Shown here: piece by piece, positions 1-13,779 of the stretch
Layout of the letters: each line of letters opens with the position of its first letter
Position numbering within the stretch: the first letter of the stretch is position 1
NCBI RefSeq assembly: GCF_009914755.1
Contig: NC_060927.1
Length of the DNA stretch: 64,000 nt
From: the human T2T-CHM13v2.0 reference genome, Homo sapiens
Strand: one strand, 5' to 3'
The notes under the pieces: generated by a model
Databases searched by the model: none
What the model was told of the DNA's origin: nothing
Seen by the model: only the letters and a program-made list of their open reading frames with translations
Position numbers and translations under genes: made by a program

Positions 1-1845
1 ACATTAATGAAAGTAATTAAAGAGGGCACAAAAACCTGGAAAGATATTCCATGTTCATGGATTGGAAAATATATTGTTAAAGTGTCCATATTGCCTAAAG
101 CAATCTGCAGATTCAGTGCATCCCTATCAAAATACCAATGATTGTCTTCACAAAATAATAGAAAAAAAATTCTAAAATGTATATGGAACCACAAAAATTC
201 CAGAAAAGCCAAATCCATCCTGAGCAAAACAAAACTGGAGGAATCACATTACCTTAATTCAAATTATATTATAGAGCTGTAGTAGCCCAAACAACATGGT
301 AGTGGCATAAAAACAGACACATAGACCAATGAAATAATAGAAAATCCAGAAGTAAGTCCATACTTCTACAATGAACTCATTTTTGAAAAGGTGTCAAGAA
401 CATACATTGGAGAAAGGACATAAATCGTTTTGGGAAAACTGGATATCCAGAAGAATAAAACTAGACCCCTATCTCCCACCATGTACAAAAATCAAATCAA
501 AATGGATTAAAGACTTAAATCTAAGACCTCAAACTATAAAACTGCTAAATAAAACTTTGGGGGAACTCTCCAGGACATTGGTCTGGGCAACAATTTCTTG
601 AGTAATACCCTGAAAACACAGGCAACCAAAGCAAAAATGAACACCTCAGATCACATCAAGTTAAATAGCTCCTACACAGCAAAGGAAGCAACCAACAAAG
701 TGCAGAGACAACTCACAGAATGGGAGAAAATATTTGCGAACTACTCATCTGCCAAGGGATTAATAACCAGAATACATAAGGAGCTCAAAGAACTCCACAG
801 GAAAATTAGATCAATCTAATTTAAAAATAGGCAAAAGATCTGAATAGACATTTCTTAAAAGAAGACATATAAATGATCAAGAGGTATATAAAAAAAGTTC
901 AACATCATTAATTATCAGAGAAATGCAAAGTGAAACTTCAATGAGCTATCATGTCACCCCAGTTAAAATGGCTTATGTCCAAAAGACAGGCAATAATGTA
1001 TGGTGGCAAAGATGTGGAGAAAGAGGAAACCCCATACACTGTAGGTGGGAATGTAAATTAGTACAACCACTATGGAGAACAGTATGTAAGTTCCTCAACA
1101 AACTAAAAATATAACTACCATATGATACAGCAATCCAACTGCTAGTTATATACCCCAAAGAAAGAAACTCATTAAATTGATGAGACGTCTGAATGCCCAT
1201 GTTTATCACAGCACTATTTACAGTAGCCAAGATTTGGAAACAACCTAAACAGGGTCCATCTACAGATGAATGGATAAAGAAAATGTTGCACATATACATA
1301 GAAGAATATAATTCAGCCACAGCAAGAATTAAATCCTGTTATTTACAACAACATAAATGGAGCTGGAGGTCATTATGTTAAGTGAAACAAGCGAGTCACA
1401 GGAAGAAAAATTTTGCACATTCTCACTCATTTGTGAGAGCTAAAAATTAAAAACAATTGAACTTATCACAATAAAGAGTAGAATAATGCTTATCAGAGTC
1501 TGGTAAGGGTAGCTGGGGCCAGTGGGTTGGGCGGGAGGACAAGGTAGGGAAGTGGGGATTTTTAATAAGTGCAAAAATATAGTTAGAAAGAGTGAATAAG
1601 ATATGGTGTTTAATAACACAATGGGGTGATTACAGTCAACAATAATGTATTGTTTATTTCAAAATAACCAAAAGAGTAAAATTAAAATATTCCTAAGACA
1701 AAGAACAGATAAATACTTGAATTGATACCCCAATTACTCTGATGTGATTATTACACATTGTATGCCTGTAATAAACCATCACAGTTACCCCATAAATATA
1801 TATACCTACTATGTACCCATAAACATTAAAAATTTAAAAATAAAA
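1..1845 (+). mobile_element. L1 3' portion (degenerate ORF2 C-terminus and 3' UTR), L1MA2/3-like; continues off the left edge
   Basis: ORF fragments match L1 ORF2p ([21 protein letters not shown]; EWEKIFANYSS; [17 protein letters not shown]). It has a G-rich 3' UTR tract at ~1515-1560 and an L1MA-type end (ccccataaatatatatacctactatgtaccc) followed by an A-rich tail. Confidence 0.93.
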
Positions 1846-2090
1846 TTTCAGAGTCTACTGGGGTCTATTACATCTATAAAAATGATCATAGTGCAAGACA
1901 TGTCATGAAAAGTACTATGTAAAAGTACAAAATTTATTAATTCTAATTTAGGAGATTTGGAAAGACCACATTGAGAAGGTAAATTTTGATGAAATCCTTA
2001 AAGAATGTTATGGCCTTGACAGAGGGAGTTGGGGACCATGAGCCTGGCTGAGGCCAGAAGCTGGCTGAATGTTTCATTTAAAAGAACGTT

Positions 2091-2250
2091 AGGTAGAAGT
2101 GGGGTAGGGGGTAAAATAATAATATTGGGTATAGTGTACACTGCTTGGGTGACAGGTGTACCAAAATCTCAGAAATCACCACTAAAGAACTTATCCATGT
2201 AACTAAAAACCACCTGTACCCCCCAAAAGCTATTGGAATAAAAATAAAAA
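2091..2250 (+). mobile_element. Short 5'-truncated L1PB-type 3' end
   Basis: attgggtatagtgtacactgcttgggtgacaggtgtaccaaaatctcagaaatcaccactaaagaactt is the L1PB 3' UTR. It ends in an A tail and is flanked by a TSD-like aaaagaacgtt / aaaagaaggtt. Confidence 0.85.
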
Positions 2251-2864
2251 AGAAGGTTGAGTAACAGAGATCAGCAGGGGAGATTGAGAATAGTTAAGAG
2301 AGACAAGACAAATAAGTACAGTGTAACAAAGGCTAAGAAAAGAAAATATAGAAAAGGAGAGGATGTAGAGTCCAACATTGCAGTTATATCAATAGAGAAT
2401 GCAAAGTAAGAAGGATTCTTCTGCCAACGTATTAGAAATGTTTTATTAAATTAATGAAAGGATCAGGGCCTAGGTAAGTGTTCAGGACTAATCAAAAGGC
2501 AACAAAGTAGAGAGAAAATGTAGCTTTGAACTTTAAATTTTTGATAGTACAGGGAAGAAAGAAAATGGAAGAATAGCATGACAGAAAAGTAAAGTAGAGG
2601 GATTGTTTTGATTTGTATTATTTTTAGAGTAAAGGAGATTTGGATATGCTTATAGGTCTAGGGGAAATAACTGAAAAAAGAGTTTGGAAATAAGGGATGA
2701 GTGATGGCACAAGAGCAGAGGAGAGACAGCTAGGAATGATACAAAGGCACTGGCACAGAGAGTAGCCTTGCAAAGAAAGAAATATAATTTTTTTTCTGAC
2801 ACAGGAGTTTAAGAATAATAGAGGGGCATGGTATACATCAGAATAGACTAGTATTCTTTGTAAC

Positions 2865-4400
2865 TTTTTTTAATTGAGGAAAATTTATATAGCATAAAAT
2901 TCATTTTTACCTGTTTTAAAGTGTACAACCCAGTGGTTTTTAGAGCATCCACATGTTGTAAAAGCATCATCATTGTCTAATTCTGGTACATTTTCATCAC
3001 CCTATAAAGAAACCCTATGCCCATTATTCAGTCACTCCTCAAAACTCTTCTTTAGCTCCTGGAAACTATTAATCTGCTTTCTGTCTTTATGGGTTTGTCT
3101 ATTCTGGACATTTCATACAAATAAGGTCATAATCTGTGGCCTTTGCATATGGCTTCTTTCACTTAACATAGTGTTTTCTAATTTCATCCATGAAACATGT
3201 ATCAGTACTTCATTTCTTTTTATGGTTGAATAATATTCCATCTATCAATATACCATTTGTCAATTGATGGCCATTTAGAATGTTTCCACTTTGAAGCTAT
3301 TATGAATAATTCTGCTATGAAATTTCATGTTTTTGTTTGAACACCTGTTTTCAGTGCTCTCAGATTCCACCCAACTGGGTCATATGGAAATTCTGTGTTT
3401 AGCTTGTTGAAGAACTGCTAAACTGTTTTCCACAGTGGCTGCATCATTTTACATTCCCTCAGAAATGCACAAGGGTTCCTATTTCTTGACATTCTCACCA
3501 ACACTTGTCATTTTTCATTTTATTATTATTACTACTACCTTCCTAGTCAGTGCAAAGTTATGGTTTTGATTTATGTTTTCTTGATGATCAAAAATGTTGA
3601 ACATCTTTTCATGTCCACTTCTAGCCATTTATGCATGTCTTTGGAGAAATATTTATTTAAGTCCTTTACCCACTTTTAATTGGACTGTTTGTTTTTTGTT
3701 GTTGAGTTGTAGGAGTGCTTTATAAATACTGGATACTAGACCCTTATCAGATATATGATTTGCAAATATTTTCCTTCTGTGGGTTGTCTTTTCACTCACT
3801 GATAGTGTCCTTTGATGCACAAACTTTTAATTTTGATGAGATATCATTTATTTATTTTTTATTTTGTGATTTGTACTTTTGGTGTCATATCTAAGAATCC
3901 ATTGTCAAATCTAATGTCATCGTCCAAGATTATTGTTTTGCATGTGCGTACTCATTTTTCTAGCACTATTTATCAAAAAGACTATTTTTTTTCCCGTTTA
4001 ATGGTCTTGGCACTCTTGTCAAATATTAATTGACCAGAGATGTATGAGGATTTTTATGGACTCTCAACTTTATTCCATTGGTCTATTTGCCTGTCGTTGT
4101 ACCCATACCCCACTTTTGATTACTGAGTTCTGTAATACATTTTAAAATCAGAAAGCATGAGTCCTCCAAAGTTTGTTCTTATTCAAGATAGTTTCAGCTA
4201 CTTGAGATTTCTTGCAATGTCATGTGAATTATAAAATATGAATTTCACAATCAGCTTGTCCATTTCAGCAAAATTTTAAAAATCAGAATTTTGATAGAGA
4301 TTGCATGAAATCTGTAGATCAATTTGAGATTATTGCTGTCTTAACAGTATTATCTTTCCATTCATGAACACAAATGTCTTTCCATTTATTTAGAATGTAT
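2865..4400 (-). mobile_element. Old L1 (L1MB-like) 3' end and ORF2 remnant
   Basis: T-rich tail, then aaagtgtacaacccagtgg...ttttcatcacc...aaagaaaccc and antisense ORF2 motifs (ttggagaaatatttatttaagtcc). Confidence 0.85.
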
Positions 4401-4409
4401 TTATTTATT

Positions 4410-4960
4410 CCATATGTTTTCTCATTCCCTACACTTTTCTATCAAGCTTTTCAGTTTGCTTATTATTTGCCCTGTTACCCCTTCTCCTGAGCAGGAGCTG
4501 CTAGTGCATTTGCCTTTAAATGGTTTTGACAAATGCCTTCTGGGTGGCCACCTCAGCCATGAAATTTTCTGAATAAGGAAAAGTGAAGGCAAGCCTTTTG
4601 TTCCTCAGTCAACCACCAGACAGGTCAAAACAAACAACCACAATTCTTTGAGAATAAGTTTTCTTCTGCAAACTCTGGTACTAAAAACCTGTACAAGGAA
4701 TGTAGCCTGTTGTCTTCACTGCTGTCTCTGAGCTGGGGAGTGGCAAATGGTATAAGAGTAAGTTAAAATGCCACAAAGTTTTCTTACTGAGACTCATGTT
4801 TTTCTCTTCATTTAGCCTGGTTGATTATAGCCTGGTTGCTATACACTTGATTAGTATGCAGAGTTCAGATTAAGTTGATTCTGACCATCCTTACCAGGTT
4901 ATTCACTACTTTTGTGGAGAGATAAGCTTTTGGAGTTCTCTCCTCCACCATTTTCCCTTG
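4410..4960 (-). mobile_element. Old L1M 5' UTR-type remnant
   Basis: Resembles the antisense L1M 5' end (aagttgattctgac...tttggagttctctcctccaccattttc). Family recalled, not aligned. Confidence 0.55.
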
Positions 4961-4984
4961 ATGCCACTTCTTGATTAATTTTTG

Positions 4985-5340
4985 TTAAGGTAACAAACAA
5001 CTCCCACATTTCAGTGGACCAACACTGCAAAGGTTTACTTGCCCATGAGTGATTCATAACCATTGTGGGTAAGCTGGAGGCTCTGCTCCATTTCTACTGC
5101 TACTTCAAGACTTAGCTTAACAGAAGAGTCTCAACTTGGAACAATGCCGAAAGCTATGGCTGATGGAAAGAGAATGTGGCAGACTATCTACTGACTCTTC
5201 AATCTTCCATCTGGAAGTGACACATTCATATTTCGGTGGCCAAAGCAACTCACAGCCATGCCTCACTTCAAAGGGGCAGGAAATTGCACTCCCACCGTGA
5301 GTAGGAGAGGGAACTGAATATTTATCAACAGTAATAATTT
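4985..5340 (-). mobile_element. MaLR LTR, MLT1 (J/K-like)
   Basis: Motifs ggtaacaaacaactccc...tcagtgg, ggaagtgacaca...ggccaaagcaa...cttcaaaggggcagg. Confidence 0.75.
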
Positions 5341-6279
5341 GCAAAGAAAATTTGAGTATTTTTCCATTAAGGATGTAGTTAGGAATATTTTTCTATTAAG
5401 GTTACAGTTAAGAGTATTGATATGAAATATCCTCGAGCCTCACATAGGAATAAATGGTGAGATAATTTGCTGTTAGTATAGGAGGTGAGGATTATGTGGG
5501 GCCCATTGTATGAGAGCATATAAAACATTTGGATCAGTTGTTATATGTAGGTATTCAATACAACGGTAACTCAAAAATAAAGGGAGTTGAACACTGTGGA
5601 AGGCCCAGCTGAAGTTAGCTATGTATTTACAATGCAACTAATCATTGTAGGATATTCTCCAGCTCATAGCTCAAGACAAACACAATATTTAGCACTGAAG
5701 GGTGACCAACAATATAACATACCACCAAAACACAAGTAAAGGCTGTGCTAATTGTAGATGCCTATTCTTTCCTTCTTCCAGGCTCATGTGATATTTTTGG
5801 ACAGTTTATTTATTTTCATTTATTCTACTTTGAATAAATCCAGATGTAATGAGGTGAAACCTATGGGAGAAGACTTTCCTGTGGCTTGGCTGGATGATCT
5901 TCCCATAAAATGCTATTGACAAGATAGAATTCTTGGCCTCCAACAAGAATATTTAAAATCTTTTTTATCTTAAAAAATACATATGTGACAGCTTCTATTG
6001 TTTCACCTTCAGAAGTTTATTGGAGGTTTTGGAAATAAAAATAGTGAAAGAAATGATTCTTTGTGTATTGAAGAGAAAATATAAGAGATTCAAACACTGG
6101 TGATTTGTTACTTCCTATTTGTGCTAAGGATGGGTAAGAAGAGACAATTAGATTATGTGGAACAGACCTAACTACTCCTTTGAAATACTAAATAGGGTGG
6201 CAGAGTCAAGGTCAAACCTGGACACAGGAAGAGTTGCCCTGTTGGTTGACAGCTCTGAGAAAATTCTTAGAAATTAATT

Positions 6280-6690
6280 GTTAAATATAGGAGGATCATA
6301 TTGGCCAGTTGATGGTAAAATCAAAACCAAGAAAACATAAACAGCTGCTTAAGACCTCATCTTCAATGAGTGGGGGCTTTAATAATGCCATTAGTAAAAA
6401 CAGAGGAATCAAAAGAAGGAAGGACTAGGAGAAAGGAAATACTGGTCTCTAACTCTAGATACATTGGATAAGTCATCTAAGTCCTCTAGGTCTCCTTAAA
6501 CTTCTGCAAATTAATAGAGTTGAAATTATTAAATAATTGCTAGTGATCCATACAGCTCTATGAGTTGATTTTTTTTGGGAAATAAAGATGAGTTCAATTT
6601 TGAATATCTTGAATTTGAGAAAACTGTGGAATATCCACTGACTATGTCCAGCATGCAAGCAAAACTTGAGTTCGGAATTTAAATAAATGG
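6280..6690 (-). mobile_element. L2 remnant
   Basis: gatgagttcaattttgaatatcttgaatttgag...tgtggaatatcca...atgtccagca resembles an L2 consensus segment. Confidence 0.55.
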
Positions 6691-7479
6691 AAATGCAGAC
6701 TACTTAAAATTTATTCAAGATCATTCAGACCCCATTTTAATTTGTAAGAAATATTTTAGAAAGCTATCCTTTTGGCAGAAATTGTGTATATCTGGGTTGT
6801 ATCCAAAAGTGTATTTCTTTTGGAAAAAAATGATGCACGTGTTAAACTATGTTGGAGTTAAAAGCAGGTGAGAAAGTATCTTTTACTATTGTTAAAGGAT
6901 CACTTTCAGTGCAATGCTTATGGTGAGAGTTTAAAAGTTGAAACTTCACAGGTATCAAGTTATCACTGAGGAATTTATTACTTATTAATAAAATCATTGT
7001 TACCATGGAAAGCAATCTTATTCGGAAAGCAAGGTCATTTTCATAAAACTGCCTCAAATGGAACAATAGAATCTCAATTTCTTTGAACTCTATTGAGGTG
7101 AATGGACCAGCAGACAGGGAGGAGTAATGGTAAGGACATGAAGAAGGAAATGTAATAAAACTAAGAAAATAGATTCTTCCTTCTCGTTTCTGTCTATGTT
7201 TATTAAAGATGAAATTAGAGGTAACAACTTGAAATTGCTTAGCGTTTAGGTTCCAGACATAAATACAGAGAGGCAAAGAACTGTGAAAAATGAACTTTCT
7301 TTTTCATTATGGAGCAAATCCTTCAGATGTTCATTTAATAGTCTAATCAGGCATTTTAGGAAATGGTATGGGAAATATCTGGAACTCTTTTACTTCTTTG
7401 TATTCACATTTAGAAGTGAAACTTATTTGTGTCTGTAGGTGAGTGTGTGAATACATGAATTTAACTTGAAAAGTTCAAT

Positions 7480-9344
7480 TTTTTAACTGTTATTTTAGAT
7501 TCAAGAGTACATGTGCAAGTTTGTTATATAGGTAAACTTTGTGTCATGGAAGTTAAACGTACAGATTATTTTATTGCCACCCAGGCAATAAACATAGTAC
7601 CCAATAGGTATATTTTTCTTATGTCCTCTCTCCTACCACCCTCTGTCCTCAAATACACCCCTGTGTCTGCTGTTACCTTCTTTGTGTCCATGTGTTCTTG
7701 TTGTTTAGCTCCCACTTATAAGTGAGAACATGTGGTGTTTGGTTTTCTGTTCCTGTGTTAGTTTGCTTAGGATAATGGCCTCCAGCTCCATCTGCATTGC
7801 TGCAAAGAACCTAGTCTTGCTCTTTTTATGGTGGTGTAGTATTCCATGGTGTATGTGTACCACATTTTCTTTATCCAGTCTACCATTGATGGACATTTAA
7901 GTTGATTCCATGTCTTTGCTATTGTGAATGGTGCTGGAATGAGCATACATGTCCATGTGTTTTTATGATAGTATGATTTATGTTCCTTTGGGTATATACC
8001 CAATACTGTGATTGCTGGATCTCATGGTAATTCTGTTTTAAGTTCTTTGAAGAATCCCCACACTGTTTTTCACAATAGCTGAGCTAATTTACACTCCTAC
8101 CAGCAGTGTATAAGCATTCTCTTTTCTTTGTAACCTTGCCAGCATCTGTTATTTTTTGACTTTTTCATGATAGCCATTCTCACTGGTGTGAGACAGTATC
8201 TTGTTGTGGTTTTGATTTGCATTTTTCTAATGATCACTGATAGGGAGGTTTTTTTCATATGAGTATTGGCTGCACGTATGTTTTCTCTTGAGAAGTGTCT
8301 GTTCATGTCCTTTGCCCACCTTTTAATGGGGTTGTTTGTTTTTCACTTATAAATTTGTCGAAGTTCTTTATAGATTCTGGATATTAGACCTTTGTTGGAT
8401 GCATAGTTTGCAAATGTTTTTTTCCCATTCTAAAGGTCATTTGTTTACTGTGTTGATAGTTTCTTTTGCTGTGTAGAAGTTCTTTAGTTTAATTAGGTCT
8501 TATTTGTCAATTTTTGTTTTTGTTGCAATTGCTTTTGGCATCTCTGTTATGAAATATTTGCCAGGTTCCATGTGTGGGATGATATTACCTGGGTTACCTT
8601 CCAGGGTTTTTATAGTTTTAATTTACATTTAAGTTTTTAATCCATCTTGAGTTGATTTTTGTACGTGGTGTAAAAAGGGGTGAAATTTCAATCTTTTGCA
8701 TATGGCTAGCCAGTTATCCCAGCACCACGGAAGTCCTGGTGAAAGCAATCAGTCAGGAGAAAGAAATAAAAGGCATACAAATAGGAAGAGAGAAAGTCAA
8801 ACTATCCCTGTTTGCAGACAATGTTATTCTGTATCTAGAAAACGGCATAGTCTTAGCCCAAGAGCTCTTTGATCCAAAATACAACTTCAGCAAAGTTGCG
8901 GGATACAAAATCAATATACAAAAGTCACTAGCATTCCTATACAACAAAAACATCCAAGCCAAGAGCCAAATCAAGAATGCAATCCTACTCACAAATGCCA
9001 CAAAAAGAATAAAATATCTAGGAATACAGCTAACCAGGGACATAAAAGATTCCTACAGGGAGCATTACAAAACACTGCTCAAAGAAATCACGGATGACAG
9101 AAACAAATGGAAAAATATTCCATGCTCATGGATAGGAAGAATATTGTTAAAATGGCCATCCTGCCCAAAGGAACTAATCTATGAGACCACAGTAAACGAA
9201 ATAGCATGGTACTGTTACAAAAACAGACATATAAACCAATGGAACAGAATAGAGATCCCAAAAATAATGATGTACACTTAACAATGATCCGTTCTTTGAC
9301 AAAGCTGACAAAAACAAGCAATGAGGAAATTACTCCCTATTCAA
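7480..9344 (-). mobile_element. Older L1PA (PA13-16-like) with a 5' inversion: body 7480-8727 (-), inverted segment 8728-9344 (+)
   Basis: Minus-strand ORFs encode the ORF2 C-terminus. The plus-strand ORF 8652-9281 contains RT-domain sequence ([15 protein letters not shown]). The strand switch is at agcacca|cggaagtcc. Confidence 0.92.
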
Positions 9345-11439
9345 ATTCCATTTTTTTTTCACAGATGATGTGATGGTGAGACCAGTCTCCTCTTCAAACT
9401 ACTACATATATCAACAGTTGACATTACCCTGGGCATGTTGATTTTATATACATTGACTTAACCTACCTACCAGGCATTCCATTCCATGGGAGACATACTA
9501 AGTGTCTAGTATGTCCCACGTTGTGATAGGCAATGTGAGAGTTACAGACAACCAAAAGGTGAGTGCCTTCCCTTCAAAGAGGTTGCCATCTAGTTAGAAG
9601 TATTGATATCTTAATTTAAAAATGAGGCTTTCATTTGTCATATATGTACTTAACAGGCCATGGTATGATCAAGCAAACAAACACTTATGTTGCCATTAGC
9701 AAAAAAGGCCCCTGTTATCTTTTGTTAACCAAAAAATTGCAGTGAATTTTCCATATGTGCTTCTTTCAATTTCTCTTGGTATGAAGTTCCAGTACACATA
9801 CAAAACCTCTTTGAAGAAAAAAAAAAGAAATAAAACTTATGTAGAAATTTATTTAATTCTAAGTGATGGGAGACAAAAAACTGTTTCACCTAACTCAAAC
9901 CACATAAAGGACTTTCAAAAACATTTGAGCATTCCTGGGCTCTGTTCCCTCCATATATCCTACTAGCCAGACAAGGAAGTACCTCTTTCCCTGTGTGAAA
10001 TCTCTTCTGTTAGACAATTAGTTCCACGTCTTGGGATCTCATTTCCTAAGGTCCTGCCAGTGACCTTCTCTTTAAAACCATTAATTCTTGTGAGATTCTG
10101 GCCAGGTGAAGTTTGGACTGGCTCCTGTACAAGGGTGATGTGGGGCAGTCCTGTGAAGCCTAAAGCAGTATTACACATCACCTTGGAGTTGGAACATTTT
10201 TGGCTCAGGAAAGTAAAATGACTGGATGAAGTCTTGCTGTGTAAGTCATAACTCTATAATCAGAGTTGTGTATTTTTTTTAATTTATAAAAAGGATTTGG
10301 CTTTGGAGTGGCAAGCAGCAGTGGTAAGCCCTTCCAGGGAGCTCTCGTGACCCTCACCAGAGTTATTTATGTTAGATGAAATGGTACTTTGAGCTGTGCC
10401 CAATGACTGGTTCCCCACTTATACACCCAAGCCCCACCTAAAATTGAATCAAACCATACACACCTACATCTCTGCCCTCTTTTCCTGAACAGCTGGAGTT
10501 TTATAAGGTCACCTTGGAACTCCTCTGCCCTTTCCCTTAGAACAGATCAACACTGCTGACTAAGGCTGGTACTTTCTTCCAGAGAAAAGGTCAAGAAATT
10601 GAGGATCATTTTCTTTTTGACTAATGGCTAAGGGTATCTGTCTTTCTTTACTAAAGACATAGTACCTTCCAACATGTCCATCCAACAGAGGAAGAGCACA
10701 CATTCTAAAAGATGCACATTGTCCATGCACCAAGCTGTAGCCTTCTGCTCTTTGTTGGTGGAATGGGAAATTAACAGAAGAGAAACAGGGATCAAGATAG
10801 GAAGCAATGACGATAAATTCAAAGGAGTAAGCATTAGCTTTAAGAAGAATCACACATCTCTTTTTATTATATATTTACTGGAAGAATGCATTTCATGACT
10901 ACTTTGAGTATACATGGCAAAACAACAATTTCACATTTGTACATGCTATGTTCCATTTGCTTGATCAGTCAGTAATGTTCACCGAGTGTAATCCAGGCTC
11001 CTGAAAAGCAATAGAGAACTGAGTCAGTTCCTGTTCCCCCTAAAATTTAGATTCTTTCTGTAATAGAAGGCTTCCAAATTAATATTAGTCAATTCTGGCA
11101 TCATCGTGGAAATGATCTTGTCTCCTGAGTAGTCTCTGAATAGTAGTATAGAGTCAGAGTAGTATAGAGTAGTATAGAGGCCACCCTGGAGGAGACTTAT
11201 GCCTGCAGAGAGTACCAGGATGGCTGTGATCTCAATGGTCTCAACACCATGCTATTCTCCTCACCACCTCTGTTTCAGATCTTAGCCCAGGGAGGGATTC
11301 TGGGGACACCCACTTAAATGGCTTGCTGAAAATCTTGTGACACTTTATTTCCAGAGGAGAAGCACTTGCTATTCTGAGACTTAGGGAGAAACAATTGCTA
11401 CCACTGCTGCTTCTACCATTGCTAAAACCATTTAATCTG

Positions 11440-11600
11440 TGTCAATTTTAAATGAATGTGATTAATCTTCACGACACGTGGTTGGTATTCTCATCTGTTT
11501 TAATATATTAGAAAAGTGAGGCTCTAAGAAAATAACCAACTTGCCAAAAGTATTAACTAGCTAATAAAATGTAGAATCAAAATTTGAACTCTGTTCATTT
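11440..11600 (-). mobile_element. MIR
   Basis: agaaaagtgaggctctaag...aacttgccaaaagt...atttgaactc matches the MIR core. Confidence 0.7.
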
Positions 11601-11834
11601 CATGCTGAAAATGGATGGGTGTTAGTATCTTTCTTACTTTAAAGTCATATGTTATTTGATGTATAAATTATTAACCACCAGCAGCGTTTGATTAATTATA
11701 AACTTAGGATTTTAAAATTCCTGTTTGTTTAAAACTTGAAATTTCTAAAATAAACATACATCTTATATAATCCATTAAGTTTAATTTATCAAATACTTTT
11801 CCACTTCCAAATACTTTTCTTTGCCATATTTCTT

Positions 11835-13690
11835 ATTTTAATCTTTTTACTTTTATTTTACGTTTAAGGGTACATGTGCAGATTTGTTGCACAGGTAAAC
11901 ATGTCATGGAGGTTTGTTGCACATATTATTTTATCACACAGATATGAAGCCCAGTACCCAATAGTTATCTTTTCTGCCCTTCTCCCTCCTCCCACCCTCT
12001 ACCCTCAAGTAGACCTCAGTGTCTGCTGTTTCCTTCTTTGTGTTCATAAGTTTTTATCATTTTCCTCCCACTTATAAGTAAGAACATGCAGTATTTTTTG
12101 TGTGTGTTTCTGTGTTGATTTTCTAAGGATAAGAGCCTCCAACTCCATCCATGTTCCAGCAAAAGACATGATCTCATTCTTTTTTATGGCTGCATAGTAT
12201 TCCATGGTGTATATGTACCACATTTTCTTTATCTGATATGTCATTGTTGGGCATTTAGGTTGATTCCGTGTCTTTGCTACTTTGAATAGTGCTGCAATGA
12301 ACATTTGCGTGCATGTGTCTTTATAGTAGAATAATTTATATTTCTCTGGGTATGTACCGTAATGAGATTGCTGAGTTGAATAATTCTGCTTTTAGCTCTT
12401 TGAGGAATTGCCATACTGCTCTCAACGATGGTTGAACTAGTTCACACTCCCACCAACAGTATATAAGGATTCCCTTTTCTCCACAACCCACCAGCATCTG
12501 TTATTTTCTGACTTTTTAATAATAGCCATTCTGACTTGTGTGAGATAGTATCTCATTGTGGTTTTGATTTGCATTTCTCTAATGATCACTGATATTGAGC
12601 TTTTTTTCATATGCTTGTTGGCCACATGTATGCCTTCTTTTAAGAAGTGTCTATGTCTTTTGCCCACTTTTTAATGGGGTTATTTGTTTTTCTCTTGTAA
12701 ATTTGTTTAAGTTTCTTACAGATCCTGGATACTAGACCATTGTCGGATGCATAGTTTGCAAATTTTTTCTCCCATTCTGTAGGTCATCTGTTTACTCTGT
12801 TGAGAGTTTCTTTTGCTGTGCGGTCACTCTTAAGTTTAATTAGATCCAACTTATCAATTTTTGCTTTTGTTGTGATTGCTTTTGGTGTCTTAGTTATGAA
12901 ATCATTGCTGGTTCCTATGTCCAGGATGGTATTGCCTAGGTTGTCTTCCAGAGTTTTCATAGTATTGGGTTTTACACTTAAGTGTTTAATCCATCTTGAG
13001 TTGATTTTTGTATGTGGTGGAAGGCAGGGGTCCAGCTTCAGTCTTCTGCATATGCCTAGCCAGTAATCCTAGAACTATTTATTAAATAGGGAGTCTTTTA
13101 CCCATTGCATCGATGTTCATCAAGGATATTGGTCTGAAGTTTTCTTTGTGTGTGTGTGTCTGCCGGGTTTTGGTATCAAGATGATACTGGCCTCATAAAA
13201 TGAGTTAGGGATGAGTCCCTCCTTCTCAATTTTTTGTAATATTTCTGTAGGAATGATACCAGCTCTTCTTTGTACATCTGGTAGAATTTGGCTGTGCATC
13301 CATCAGGTCCTGGGTTTTTTTGGTTAGTGGGCTATTTATTACTGATTCAGTTTCAGAGCTGGTTATTGGTCTGTTCAGAGAATTAATTTCTTTCTCATTC
13401 AGTCTTGGAATTATGTATGTGTCCAGGAATTTATTCATCTCTTCTAGGTTTTCTAGTTTGTGTGTGTAGAGATGTTTGTAATAGTTTCTGATGGTTGTTT
13501 TTATTTCTGTAGGGTTAGAAGTAGCATTCCTTTCATCATTTCTAATTGTGTTTATTGGTATCTTTTCTCTTTTCTTCTTTAATAGTCTAAGTAGAGGCCT
13601 ATCCATTTTATTAATATTTTCAATATTTCAAAAAAAACCAACTCCTGAATTCATTGATATTTTGAATGGTTTTTCATGTCTCAATTTAAA
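11835..13690 (-). mobile_element. Older L1PA (PA15/16-like), 5'-truncated, with an internal deletion at ~13105
   Basis: ORFs 12044-12304 and 12437-12667 encode the ORF2 C-terminus; ORF 13226-13606 ([16 protein letters not shown]) encodes the pre-RT region. The RT core between them is missing. Confidence 0.92.
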
Positions 13691-13779
13691 ATTTTTTTGT
13701 TAGTTTTAGGGATGTGCCAGGAATATGCCACATTGTATTTTAACATTGAAATTAAAGCAATTAAAACAAAGAAAATCAT

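Noticed and set aside
1515-1560. G-quadruplex-like G-run cluster
   Set aside because: It is the ordinary G-rich tract of the L1 3' UTR (also at ~50150 and ~60420) and is not specific to this locus.
6842-7276. 144-aa minus-strand ORF in unique sequence
   Set aside because: It has a non-ATG start, no recognisable domain and a composition typical of AT-rich non-coding DNA, and I see no convincing flanking splice sites.
8652-9281. 209-aa ORF with an FADN RT-like motif
   Set aside because: It is an accidental fusion across the L1 inversion junction, with a mutated catalytic motif and an internal deletion.
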